Made by a program: the position numbers and the translations under genes
In this document: one piece after another, positions 22,175-30,436 of the stretch
How the letters are laid out: each line of letters begins with the position of its first letter
Numbering within the stretch: the stretch's first letter is position 1
The notes under the pieces: generated by a model
What the model was told of the DNA's origin: nothing
What the model saw: only the letters and a program-made list of their open reading frames with translations
Database searches by the model: none
Assembly (NCBI GenBank): GCA_031316235.1
Contig: JALDRA010000001.1
Location: forward strand, 3,000,001 to 3,032,000
Length of the DNA: 32,000 nt
Source: Candidatus Scalindua sp.
GTDB taxonomy: Bacteria; Planctomycetota; Brocadiia; Brocadiales; Scalinduaceae
Direction of reading: 5' to 3'

Positions 22175-23836
22175 ATGAAGGATACCATGACAAAACGCAT
22201 CCATATAAAAAGAGGCATTCGCTGGAAACTTCTTTCTACCATGATAGGTTTGGTTGTGGGATTGCTTATTCTCATTACCATTGTTCAGACTTTGGCACAG
22301 AAGAGGATTTTAGAGGGAGAACTGGAGAACCGTATCTCTTTGATGAAAGAGAACATCCGTGAAAGAGGCAAGACCATATCTGATCACCTGGCACGATTGA
22401 CTGAAAATGGGATTGCCTCTTACAATTTTTCGAATATAACAATGGTATTAAATAAGTCTGTAGCAGACGAGAAAGATTTAATATACGCCATATTGTCGAA
22501 TTTCTCCGGAAGGGCTTATGTTCACACCTTAAAACCGGAGTTCGAGCATGAGATATTATCAGGTTCAGAGGATCTATTTGCTGTCAGCCAAACGAAAGCA
22601 ATTATTAATGAGTATAAAAAGGGGAAAGATTCCTTTATGGAGTTTATTGTACCTCTTAACGCGAGTACAAACCAGTGGGGAGTGCTCAGGATTGGTTTTT
22701 CACTGGATAAGCTTCATGATGAAATTGCTCAGTCGAGGAGGGATATTTTACAACAGTCGAGATATATGATTTTTCGATCAATTCTGATGTCTTTTATTTT
22801 CCTTCTTTTCGGTATTGCAGTAGTATTTATGATATCCAACAGATTGTCCAGACCTTTAATTAAATTGGCTGAATCGGCGGGGAGGTTGGCAAAAGGAGAA
22901 TTCACTGTTACCGAGAACATCAAAGTGACAACTGAAGATGAGATCGGAATGCTCGGCAAGGCTTTTATAGAAATGTCCAGAAAATTAAAAGTATCTCACG
23001 ATATGCTGGAAGAATCTAACCGGGCCTTGGAACAAAAAGTAGAAGAAAGAACCCACAGATTGGAAGAGGCAAATAAGGCTCTTAAAGAGCAGGATATGAT
23101 AAAAACAGAGTTTTTATCAACCGTGTCACATGAAATTCGGACGCCGCTTGCTTTGGTATTGGGGTTTGCAAAGATTATAAACAGGAGACTTGAAGGTGTA
23201 ATTTTCCCCCACGTTACGGTTGAAGATGAAAAGGTGGAGAAAACAAAAAAACAAGTAAGAGAGAATATAAACATAATTATATCGGAAGGGAACAGGCTGA
23301 CGGATCTCATTAATGAACTCCTTGACATATCAAAAATCGAATCAGGAGAGGTTGAATGGAAGATGGAGCCCGTTTCCGTTGCAGAGATTATTGAACGTGC
23401 AGCAATGGTAACAGGCAGCTTCTTTGTGGGAAACAGGATTAAGTTTATCGTGGATATAGAAGAAAAGCTGCCAAAAATTGTGGGGGATAAGGATAGGCTG
23501 GTACAGGTCGTCATTAACTTGATATCCAATGCGGTGAAGTTTACGGAAGCCGGCACTATAACCTGCAGAGCAAGAAAGAGAATTAATGAGATTCTGGTAA
23601 GTATTGTGGATACAGGAGTAGGAATTGATCTTGTTGACCAGAATAAGATATTCGATAAGTTTAAGCAGGGAAAGATCATGTTAAAGAAAAAATCGAAGGG
23701 AACAGGTCTTGGTCTTTCAATTTGCAAGAAGTTAATAGAGCATCACGGGGGGAGAATATGGGTAGAAAGCCGATTAGGCAAAGGGAGTACATTTTCGTTT
23801 AATTTGCCCTGTTGTACAGGATCTGGAGAGTTGTGA
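22175..23836 (+). CDS. Sensor histidine kinase (TM, periplasmic domain, TM, HAMP, DHp, HATPase)
   Basis: The HAMP domain is RPLIKLAESAGRLAKGEF...MLGKAFIEMSRKL. The H-box is FLSTVSHEIRTPL, the N-box NLISNAVKFT, G1 DTGVGI and G2 GTGLGLSICK. Confidence 0.93.
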   Translation: MKDTMTKRIHIKRGIRWKLLSTMIGLVVGLLILITIVQTLAQKRILEGELENRISLMKENIRERGKTISDHLARLTENGIASYNFSNITMVLNKSVADEKDLIYAILSNFSGRAYVHTLKPEFEHEILSGSEDLFAVSQTKAIINEYKKGKDSFMEFIVPLNASTNQWGVLRIGFSLDKLHDEIAQSRRDILQQSRYMIFRSILMSFIFLLFGIAVVFMISNRLSRPLIKLAESAGRLAKGEFTVTENIKVTTEDEIGMLGKAFIEMSRKLKVSHDMLEESNRALEQKVEERTHRLEEANKALKEQDMIKTEFLSTVSHEIRTPLALVLGFAKIINRRLEGVIFPHVTVEDEKVEKTKKQVRENINIIISEGNRLTDLINELLDISKIESGEVEWKMEPVSVAEIIERAAMVTGSFFVGNRIKFIVDIEEKLPKIVGDKDRLVQVVINLISNAVKFTEAGTITCRARKRINEILVSIVDTGVGIDLVDQNKIFDKFKQGKIMLKKKSKGTGLGLSICKKLIEHHGGRIWVESRLGKGSTFSFNLPCCTGSGEL

Positions 23837-24094
23837 GCAGAAGCGGAAAACTGACCGGCAAGAGACGCTACACAGGCTGAACCGGAACCAAAAAAGGGGA
23901 TTGGTGCCTGATTGTTCTGGCTCGTGCAGGTTGGTACCTTAAAAACCATTGTAACCCATGCCCGTTCCAGGGATACGGCGACAGGCTTCTCTAGAAAACC
24001 GTAATCCTGAAATCCTTTTCCGGCACATCCGGGGTGAGTGATTATCGGGTACAAGGGGAAAAAATTTTTTTAATTAATGGGAGGAATGAGGGAG

Positions 24095-24475
24095 ATGGAA
24101 AAAATATTAATAGTGGACGATGAGCCCGGTATGAGGATGTTGCTTGAACAGACTCTCGAAGATATTGAGGAGAAAGGAGTAGAATTGCTTACAGCATGCA
24201 ATGGGGAAGAAGCAATCGGGCATATAAAATCAGAAAGGCCATCACTCGTCTTCCTTGATGTTATGATGCCTGGAATGGATGGTTTTGAAGTGTGTGACAG
24301 GGTAAAAAATGAATTTGGTATGAAAAATATTTATATATTGATGCTTACGGCAAAGGGACAGGATGTTGACAAAAAGAAGGGAAAAGAGGTTGGTGTTGAT
24401 TTTTATATGACAAAACCCTTTGATCCTGACGATATTGTTAAAAAAGCTCTTCAGGTTCTTGGTTTGGGGAAATAG
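24095..24475 (+). CDS. Stand-alone response regulator receiver (CheY-like)
   Basis: The motifs present are ILIVDDEP, the LVFLDVMMPGMDG phospho-acceptor context, ILMLTAKG and YMTKPF. The ATG at 24095 has a GGAGG sequence about 10 nt upstream. The track ORF starts at 24077. Confidence 0.9.
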   Translation: MEKILIVDDEPGMRMLLEQTLEDIEEKGVELLTACNGEEAIGHIKSERPSLVFLDVMMPGMDGFEVCDRVKNEFGMKNIYILMLTAKGQDVDKKKGKEVGVDFYMTKPFDPDDIVKKALQVLGLGK

Positions 24476-24588
24476 GCTGTCAGTATGAATAAGGGGTTAT
24501 TGTCTCTGCTCATCCGGAAAACCCGAACCCTGAGCGTACAGACTCTTCATTTTTCCACAATTGGCAAGCGTCACATAATAAGATTCAA

Positions 24589-26169
24589 CTAGAATTTCAA
24601 CATGTAAGCAGAGTTTATGCATTCCAGGTTTTCCAGTGAGGCGATGGTGTCGAGAGAAACCATTCCATCAACATTTAATACTACGAGTGCATTACTATTA
24701 TCTGTTTTTCTTCCAAAAGTCATGTGCCCGATGTTGATAGCCTGGTCACCTAATACCTGCCCTATTTCTCCAATCAATCCTGGTTTGTCCTGGCCTAACA
24801 AGACTAAGACATAGCCTTCAGGATTCATGTCAACTCGAAACCCATTTATTGTTTCTATCCTGGGTTCTTCATTTTTGAATACCGTACCTGTAACTGATTG
24901 TTCTCCGTGTTCAGTGATGATTTTGGCTGTAATAAGGTTTGTATAGTCTTCTACGGCGCTGCTGATTATCTCGTTTATCTTAATGCCTCTTTCGTCAGCC
25001 AGGATACGGGCGTTAATAAGGTTAACCTTCTCTTCCAAAACATGTTCCAATAAACCTGCAAGCAGGCTGTCCGTTATCGGATGGATATTGTTTTTAGAAA
25101 TTTCACCACTAAATTGAATCTCAATAGATAAAAGTCTCTCGTTTACCAGCTGGATTAAAAGAGCGCCCATTTTTTCTGTTAATGTCATATAGGGCTTTAG
25201 CTTCTCAAAATCTTTTTGACCCTGTGCGGGTAAGTTGACTGCGTTTAGTATGTTTTTTCCTAGTAATGCGTTTGCCATCTGTTCTGCAGCATCTTTTGCT
25301 ACTGCGAGCTGGGCCTCTTCCGTTAAAGCGCCGAGATGCGGAGTCGGAAGGACATTTTCCAGCTTTAAGAGCCTGTTTTTTCCCGGTGGCTCTTGTTCAA
25401 ATACGTCTAAAGCGGCTCCGGCCACTTTACCGCTTTGGAGTGCATCAAAAAGCGCATCTTCTGATAATATCCCTCCACGAGCACAATTTATTATTCTCAC
25501 ACCGTGTTTCATGAGTTCAAATTCGCGGGCAGAAATAATATTTTTGGTGTCCTTTCTTAAGGGGATGTGCAGTGATATATAATCTGACTGCCCAATCAGC
25601 TCATCTAGATCCTTTACCTGTTGTAAGTTGAGTTTTGAAGCTGGACCAATGGGAATAAATGGGTCATATCCAATTACCTTCATCTCTAATGCTGCAGCTC
25701 GTTTTGCAACTTCTTTTCCAATTCTTCCAAGCCCGACGATCCCGAGAATTTTTCCTGAGACCTGAATTCCGATAAACTTCTTGCGTTCCCATTCTCCCTC
25801 ACGGACAGATTTGCACGCCTGAGGTATGTTTCTTGATAAGGACAGCAGCATGGTAATTGTGTGTTCGGCTGTTGATGTAGTATTGCCCCCGGGGGTATTC
25901 ATGACGATAATTCCTCTTTTTGTAGCAGCAGGGACATCAACGTTGTCAATACCAACGCCCGCCCTGCAGATTGCGCGAAGTTTTGTTGCTCTTTCCAGCA
26001 CTTCAGATGTGACTTTGGTACTACTGCGAATAATTAATCCATCGTATTCTCCTATTTCTTCACATAATTCTTCCGGTGTGAGATTATTCTTGATGGTTGT
26101 CTGGATACCCGAGTTTTCCAAAATGGTTTTACATATTTCAGGAACGTTATCTGTTATTAATACTTTCAT
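24589..26169 (-). CDS. serA: D-3-phosphoglycerate dehydrogenase, long form with ASB and ACT domains
   Basis: The start is MKVLITDNVP. The NAD-binding site is GIVGLGRIGKEVAKRA, with catalytic-region motifs RGGI and PHLGA.T.EAQ. The C-terminal ACT domain is LVLLGQDKPGLIGEIGQVLGDQAINIGHMTFGR. The track ORF reaches 26358, but the canonical N-terminus is the ATG at 26169, which has an AAGGAAA Shine-Dalgarno sequence. Confidence 0.93.
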   Translation of the reverse strand: MKVLITDNVPEICKTILENSGIQTTIKNNLTPEELCEEIGEYDGLIIRSSTKVTSEVLERATKLRAICRAGVGIDNVDVPAATKRGIIVMNTPGGNTTSTAEHTITMLLSLSRNIPQACKSVREGEWERKKFIGIQVSGKILGIVGLGRIGKEVAKRAAALEMKVIGYDPFIPIGPASKLNLQQVKDLDELIGQSDYISLHIPLRKDTKNIISAREFELMKHGVRIINCARGGILSEDALFDALQSGKVAGAALDVFEQEPPGKNRLLKLENVLPTPHLGALTEEAQLAVAKDAAEQMANALLGKNILNAVNLPAQGQKDFEKLKPYMTLTEKMGALLIQLVNERLLSIEIQFSGEISKNNIHPITDSLLAGLLEHVLEEKVNLINARILADERGIKINEIISSAVEDYTNLITAKIITEHGEQSVTGTVFKNEEPRIETINGFRVDMNPEGYVLVLLGQDKPGLIGEIGQVLGDQAINIGHMTFGRKTDNSNALVVLNVDGMVSLDTIASLENLECINSAYMLKF

Positions 26170-26390
26170 GTTTTCCTTAAACGATTCTGTAATTATTTTG
26201 ATTAGAAGCCGGTAATTTGGTAAGATTTTAGCATGAGAGTATGGGGAAATCAAACGGAATCTACTCAAGTTGAATCCGGTGCATCCTGGAGCATTTGAGG
26301 GCAGTATGCATATTAAATACGCATTATGTTCAATTGGAGGTCGGGGATCGGTAAGCAATACGGCCGGTTATAAATTCTTTGGAGGTTAAA

Positions 26391-26876
26391 ATGCTATTAA
26401 GTAAATTGTTTTTGGTTAATCACTGGATACACCTTTCTGCTGCAAGCCTCTTAATAGGTGGAATGGTTTTTCTTGTTGTTATTTTGCGACCGGTACTGGG
26501 GAGAAATTCTCAGGTCTCAGAAGTGGCGACTCTCGCGGATGATATTCATGGTAGGTTCCGTAACTATGTGGGTATTTTAATTGGTGTAATTATTTTTTCT
26601 GGAATAATCAATTTTCTTGAAAACTTAATGGGTAATGCGATGGCAAATGCAAGCGCAATGCATGTCACCCTTATCCGGGTAAAGGTTGTAATGGCAATTT
26701 GTCTTTTTACTATCTATGGTATCAATGTCTTTCTTGCCAGGCAACCGAAAGCAGACAAAGGTGAGAGTTGTTCCTGTGTTATGAAGCCTCCCATTTATAA
26801 GAGAGTGTTACAGATGACAGCTTTGGTATTAGTTTTTGCAATTCTTTTTTTAGTGGTGACATTGCATACCCTGTAA
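26391..26876 (+). CDS. Small integral membrane protein (4 TM; CopD/DUF2269-like), function unknown
   Basis: The ATG at 26391 lies 6 nt after a GGAGG sequence. There are four hydrophobic helices, with HWIHLSAASLLIGGMVF in TM1, as in CopD-type proteins. Confidence 0.6.
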   Translation: MLLSKLFLVNHWIHLSAASLLIGGMVFLVVILRPVLGRNSQVSEVATLADDIHGRFRNYVGILIGVIIFSGIINFLENLMGNAMANASAMHVTLIRVKVVMAICLFTIYGINVFLARQPKADKGESCSCVMKPPIYKRVLQMTALVLVFAILFLVVTLHTL

Positions 26877-27098
26877 AATGAATAGTACCTGCTATGATAG
26901 AATGTGTTGATGCTGTCCGGGATTCAAGGGGTCTTCTAATCCCGGGCAACACTGATACGAAGGCAGGAAAAATAACACGGCAAGGAAAATCGAATATCAC
27001 GTACAAAGGGCAACAGTCTCCCGTCAATATGCCCTCTTTCTGGGTAAAATAGGGCTTCTCGGTCCTTTTTCTGATAACCGTAACGATTCAAAAAAGCC

Positions 27099-27127
27099 TT
27101 GACTTTATTTATTTACACAGTTAAAAT
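27099..27127 (+). promoter_or_regulatory. Putative sigma70-type promoter upstream of queD
   Basis: TTGACT (27099-27104), a 17-nt spacer, then TAAAAT (27122-27127). It lies 40 nt upstream of the queD ATG. Confidence 0.5.
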
Positions 27128-27166
27128 CAGTTAAGTTTTATTAGCGTTTCCCGATAAAGTAATAAC

Positions 27167-27532
27167 ATGTATGAATTAGTGGTAAAAGACGTTTTTGCCG
27201 GCGCTCACTCTCTGCGTAATTATGAAGGGGAGTGTGAAAAGCTGCATGGGCATAATTGGAAAGTAGAGATAACCCTTCGATGTGAAGAGCTTGACGATTT
27301 AGGTATGGTATTTGACTTCAAAAAAGTTAAAAAAATACTGGGGGAAGCACTTTCGCATTTTGATCATTCCCATTTAAATGAGCTTGAAGAGTTTTCACTT
27401 GTGAATCCAACAACGGAAAATGTTTCAAAGATACTGTTCAACAAAATAGGCGAAAAGTTACCCCCTAAAATATCCATTGCTAAGGTAAAAACATGGGAAT
27501 CTGATAACTGTGCTGCGGCATACTATATATAA
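27167..27532 (+). CDS. queD: 6-carboxy-5,6,7,8-tetrahydropterin synthase / 6-pyruvoyl-tetrahydropterin synthase family
   Basis: The ORF encodes 121 aa with FAGAHSL...CEKLHGHNWKVE (the Cys-x3-HGH zinc/catalytic motif), DFKKVKK, LDHSHLNEL and NPTTEN. Confidence 0.88.
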   Translation: MYELVVKDVFAGAHSLRNYEGECEKLHGHNWKVEITLRCEELDDLGMVFDFKKVKKILGEALSHFDHSHLNELEEFSLVNPTTENVSKILFNKIGEKLPPKISIAKVKTWESDNCAAAYYI

Positions 27533-27552
27533 ATCGCTCTTTTCAAATCGTT

Positions 27553-28857
27553 GTGAAAACCCATTTTAACACACCAATTCTTCAGATAGCCTTAGACTTT
27601 GTCAATTTGCGACGTGCAGTAAATGTAGCCCGGGAAGCGGTAAAGGCAGGCGTTGACTGGGTCGAGGTGGGCACCCCTTTGATTAAGAGTGAGGGGCTGA
27701 ATGCTGTCAGGGTGCTGCGGGAAGAATTTCCTTCGCTTACGATAGTAGCTGATATGAAGACAATGGATGCGGGGCGCATAGAAGTGGAATCCGCAGCCAA
27801 GGCCGGAGCCGATGTTTCAGTCGTGATGGGAGAAGCCTCTGAGGGGACGATAAGAGAGTGTATTTATGCGGGGCGAAATTATGGTATTAAGATATGGGTT
27901 GATTTTCTGACTCAAACCGATTTCGCTGAGCGTGCGATGAGGGCGGAGGAATTAGGAGCAGACTTTATCGGTGTGCATACGCCTATTGATGACCAGATGA
28001 GGGGTATGCATCCGTTTGAGAGCTTAAAACAGATTTGCTCAAAGGTTACTATCCCGGTATCAGTTGCAGGAGGTATTAACTCTGAGAGTGCCGTGGATGC
28101 AGTAAATGCCGGGGCAAGCATTGTTGTTGTCGGCGGAGCTATCTGTAAGGCGGTAAGTATAAGCGGTGCAGTTGCTGACCTGAAAAAGGCTCTCCGTGAT
28201 AAGAAAAAGATTTCGGTAACTCTTTATAAAAGAGTTGCAGGTGCGGATGTATACGAGGCATTGAAAAAAGTTTCAACTGCTAACATTTCGGATGGAGGGC
28301 ATCGGTTAAAGGGTATCAGCAATCTGCAGTGTCTCAGCTTGGAAGCGAAGATGGTTGGGCAGGCTTTTACCGTCCGTACTTACCCCGGAGACTGGGCAAA
28401 ACCCGTAGAGGCTATCGATAAAGCTGAAAAGGGGAGTGTGATTGTTGTTGATTCCGGGGGCTCTGGGCCTGCTGTTTGGGGGGAGCTGGCTACGCAGAGT
28501 GCTCTCCAGAGAGGGATCGCTGGTGTGGTGGTAAATGGGGCTGTACGGGACAGCTGCGAAATTAGAAAATTAAAACTCCCTACTTTTGCAAAATCAGTAA
28601 TGCCACATGCCGGAGAGCCTAAAGGGTTCGGGGAGATGGGGGTACCGTTAACAATTTCCGGAATAACGATTAAAAGTGGGGACTGGATTGTTGGTGACGA
28701 AGATGGACTGATGGTTATTCCACAACAAAAAGCAAAAGAGATGGCGAATTTAGCAATGGATTGCTGTGAAAGAGAAAACAGGCTGCGTGAAGAGATACTG
28801 GCGAATAAAACTTCTCTTGGGGAGGTAATGGAATTATTGAGATGGGAAAAAAGATAA
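27553..28857 (+). CDS. Fusion protein: 3-hexulose-6-phosphate synthase-like (OMPdecase/HUMPS fold) N-domain plus RraA-like (class II aldolase/decarboxylase fold) C-domain
   Basis: The N-terminal half reads LQIALDF...VDWVEVGTPLIKSEG...IVADMKTMDAG...GADFIGVHT...VAGGI. The C-terminal half reads GDWAKPVEAID...GSVIVVDSGG...AVWGELATQSALQRGIAGVVVNGAVRD...LPTFAK. The start codon is GTG. Confidence 0.85.
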   Translation: MKTHFNTPILQIALDFVNLRRAVNVAREAVKAGVDWVEVGTPLIKSEGLNAVRVLREEFPSLTIVADMKTMDAGRIEVESAAKAGADVSVVMGEASEGTIRECIYAGRNYGIKIWVDFLTQTDFAERAMRAEELGADFIGVHTPIDDQMRGMHPFESLKQICSKVTIPVSVAGGINSESAVDAVNAGASIVVVGGAICKAVSISGAVADLKKALRDKKKISVTLYKRVAGADVYEALKKVSTANISDGGHRLKGISNLQCLSLEAKMVGQAFTVRTYPGDWAKPVEAIDKAEKGSVIVVDSGGSGPAVWGELATQSALQRGIAGVVVNGAVRDSCEIRKLKLPTFAKSVMPHAGEPKGFGEMGVPLTISGITIKSGDWIVGDEDGLMVIPQQKAKEMANLAMDCCERENRLREEILANKTSLGEVMELLRWEKR

Positions 28858-28878
28858 AATTTTTGGAGTTTTATTACT

Positions 28879-29379
28879 ATGAAATGTGACTCATGTGGCA
28901 AAAAAATCGCTACCGTTCATCTTACTGAAATAGTTGGAACCGAAAAAAAAGAAAAGCATCTATGTGAGGAGTGTGCTCACAATGTAACAAACCATTTTCC
29001 TAAGGCTCCCTCTCCTTCAGATATACTGACGAGTATCATTAATCAGGTTTCGCCAGAGATTGAAGAAATGTCTAAGACTACCTGTCCGGTATGCGATCTC
29101 TCTTACCTGGAGTTTAGATCTCAGGGGCGTCTCGGGTGTCCCATGGATTATGATGCGTTTCAAAAAGGCCTTCTGCCTCTTATAGAGAGAATGCATGGAA
29201 GTTCCCAGCACGTGGGAAAAGTACCTGCAAATGCAAGTGAAGAAGTTATTAAGAAGAACCAGCTGATACAATTGCGTAAGGAATTAAACAGGGCCGTCCA
29301 AAAAGAAGATTACGAAATGGCCGCACAGATTAGGGATAAAATTTATGGACTTTCAGGGAACGTAGATAATGGAGATTAA
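28879..29379 (+). CDS. mcsA: McsA-like zinc-finger / UVR-domain protein (activator of protein arginine kinase)
   Basis: Zinc-finger cysteines are present (CDSCGKK...HLCEECA, then CPVCD...GRLGCP). A C-terminal UVR motif follows (LRKELNRAVQKEDYEMAAQIRDKI). The gene overlaps mcsB by 11 nt. Confidence 0.85.
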   Translation: MKCDSCGKKIATVHLTEIVGTEKKEKHLCEECAHNVTNHFPKAPSPSDILTSIINQVSPEIEEMSKTTCPVCDLSYLEFRSQGRLGCPMDYDAFQKGLLPLIERMHGSSQHVGKVPANASEEVIKKNQLIQLRKELNRAVQKEDYEMAAQIRDKIYGLSGNVDNGD

Positions 29380-30421
29380 AGATCTTTCTGACAATACTGG
29401 CGAATGGTTGAGGGGCACTGGAAAAGAATCGGATATCGTAATTAGCAGCAGGATACGATTGGCGAGAAATGTTACGGGATTTCCATTCCTTTTAAGAGCT
29501 AATTTAAGGCAGAGAAAGGAGGTAGAGTCTTTACTGAAAGAGACTATCATTAAATCTGAGATAACCAAGGAACTGTCATACGTAAACCTGAACACGGTAA
29601 CAACGATTGATAAATTGTTTTTGGTAGAACGGCATCTGATTAGCAAAGAACATGCTGATGGTGATGGAGAAAGAGGGGTTGCATTCGGAAAAACAGAAAC
29701 CATCAGTTTGATGATAAATGAAGAAGATCATTTGCGTATCCAGGTTATCCGTGCAGGCCTTGAGTTAAAAAATACATGGGAAGTGATAGATGAAATTGAT
29801 AACTGCTTGAGCGAAAAATTAAGCTTTGCTTTTTCGTCGCGGTTTGGATACTTAACGGCCTGTCCGACAAATGTCGGCACGGGAATGCGCGCTTCGGTTA
29901 TGTTGCATCTTCCTGCGTTAGGTATGACAAAACATATAGACAAAGTCTTTAATGCTGTTGGGAAGCTTGGCCTGGTAGTCAGAGGATTATATGGTGAGGG
30001 TACAAAGGTTTCAGGTGATTTGTACCAGATTTCGAATCAGTTCACTTTAGGAAAGACCGAGAACGAGATTTTAGCTATTATTGAAAGTGTGATTCCGCGT
30101 ATCACAAGCTATGAACGGATGGCAAGGAAAGCACTTGTTTTAGAAAGTAAGGAACAGTTAGAGGATAGAATTTGGAGATCATACGGTATGCTCAAGGCAG
30201 CACGAATGATTACATCGGAAGAGATACTGCAGTTACTTTCCCAAGTTCGTATGGGAGTGAACCTGGGTTTAATTGATGACATAGAAATGAAGACTCTAAA
30301 CGAACTTTTTATTCTAACACTTCCGGGGCATCTGCAGAAATTGCAGGGATGTGAGTTAGATTCTACTCAGAGAAATATTATTCGAGCCTCCTTTGTAAGG
30401 AAGAGGCTAGAAGACTTATAA
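29369..30421 (+). CDS. mcsB: Protein arginine kinase (ATP:guanido phosphotransferase family)
   Basis: The motifs present are SSRIRLARNVTGFPF, INEEDHLRIQ, GYLTACPTNVGTGMRASVMLHLP and GLYGEG...YQISNQ. Confidence 0.92.
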   Translation: MEIKDLSDNTGEWLRGTGKESDIVISSRIRLARNVTGFPFLLRANLRQRKEVESLLKETIIKSEITKELSYVNLNTVTTIDKLFLVERHLISKEHADGDGERGVAFGKTETISLMINEEDHLRIQVIRAGLELKNTWEVIDEIDNCLSEKLSFAFSSRFGYLTACPTNVGTGMRASVMLHLPALGMTKHIDKVFNAVGKLGLVVRGLYGEGTKVSGDLYQISNQFTLGKTENEILAIIESVIPRITSYERMARKALVLESKEQLEDRIWRSYGMLKAARMITSEEILQLLSQVRMGVNLGLIDDIEMKTLNELFILTLPGHLQKLQGCELDSTQRNIIRASFVRKRLEDL

Positions 30422-30436
30422 TAAAGGTGTATAAAA

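Noticed and set aside
23743-24054. 103-aa minus-strand ORF between the kinase and the receiver
   Set aside because: It has a TTG start, overlaps the kinase 3' end, and has no motifs or Shine-Dalgarno sequence. It is more likely a by-product of the locally elevated GC content.
19942-24546. 13-nt inverted match GAGTCTGTACGCT (19943) / AGCGTACAGACTC (24534) bracketing the binding protein-kinase-receiver block; considered as possible terminal inverted repeats of a mobile unit
   Set aside because: By my rough estimate, several 13-nt inverted matches are expected by chance in 32 kb (about 5e8 position pairs x 4^-13). The match does not extend, there are no flanking direct repeats, and there is no transposase.
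27128-27166. preQ1 riboswitch in the queD leader
   Set aside because: The leader is only ~40 nt and lacks the conserved preQ1-I stem and the A-rich tail/CUA features I know.
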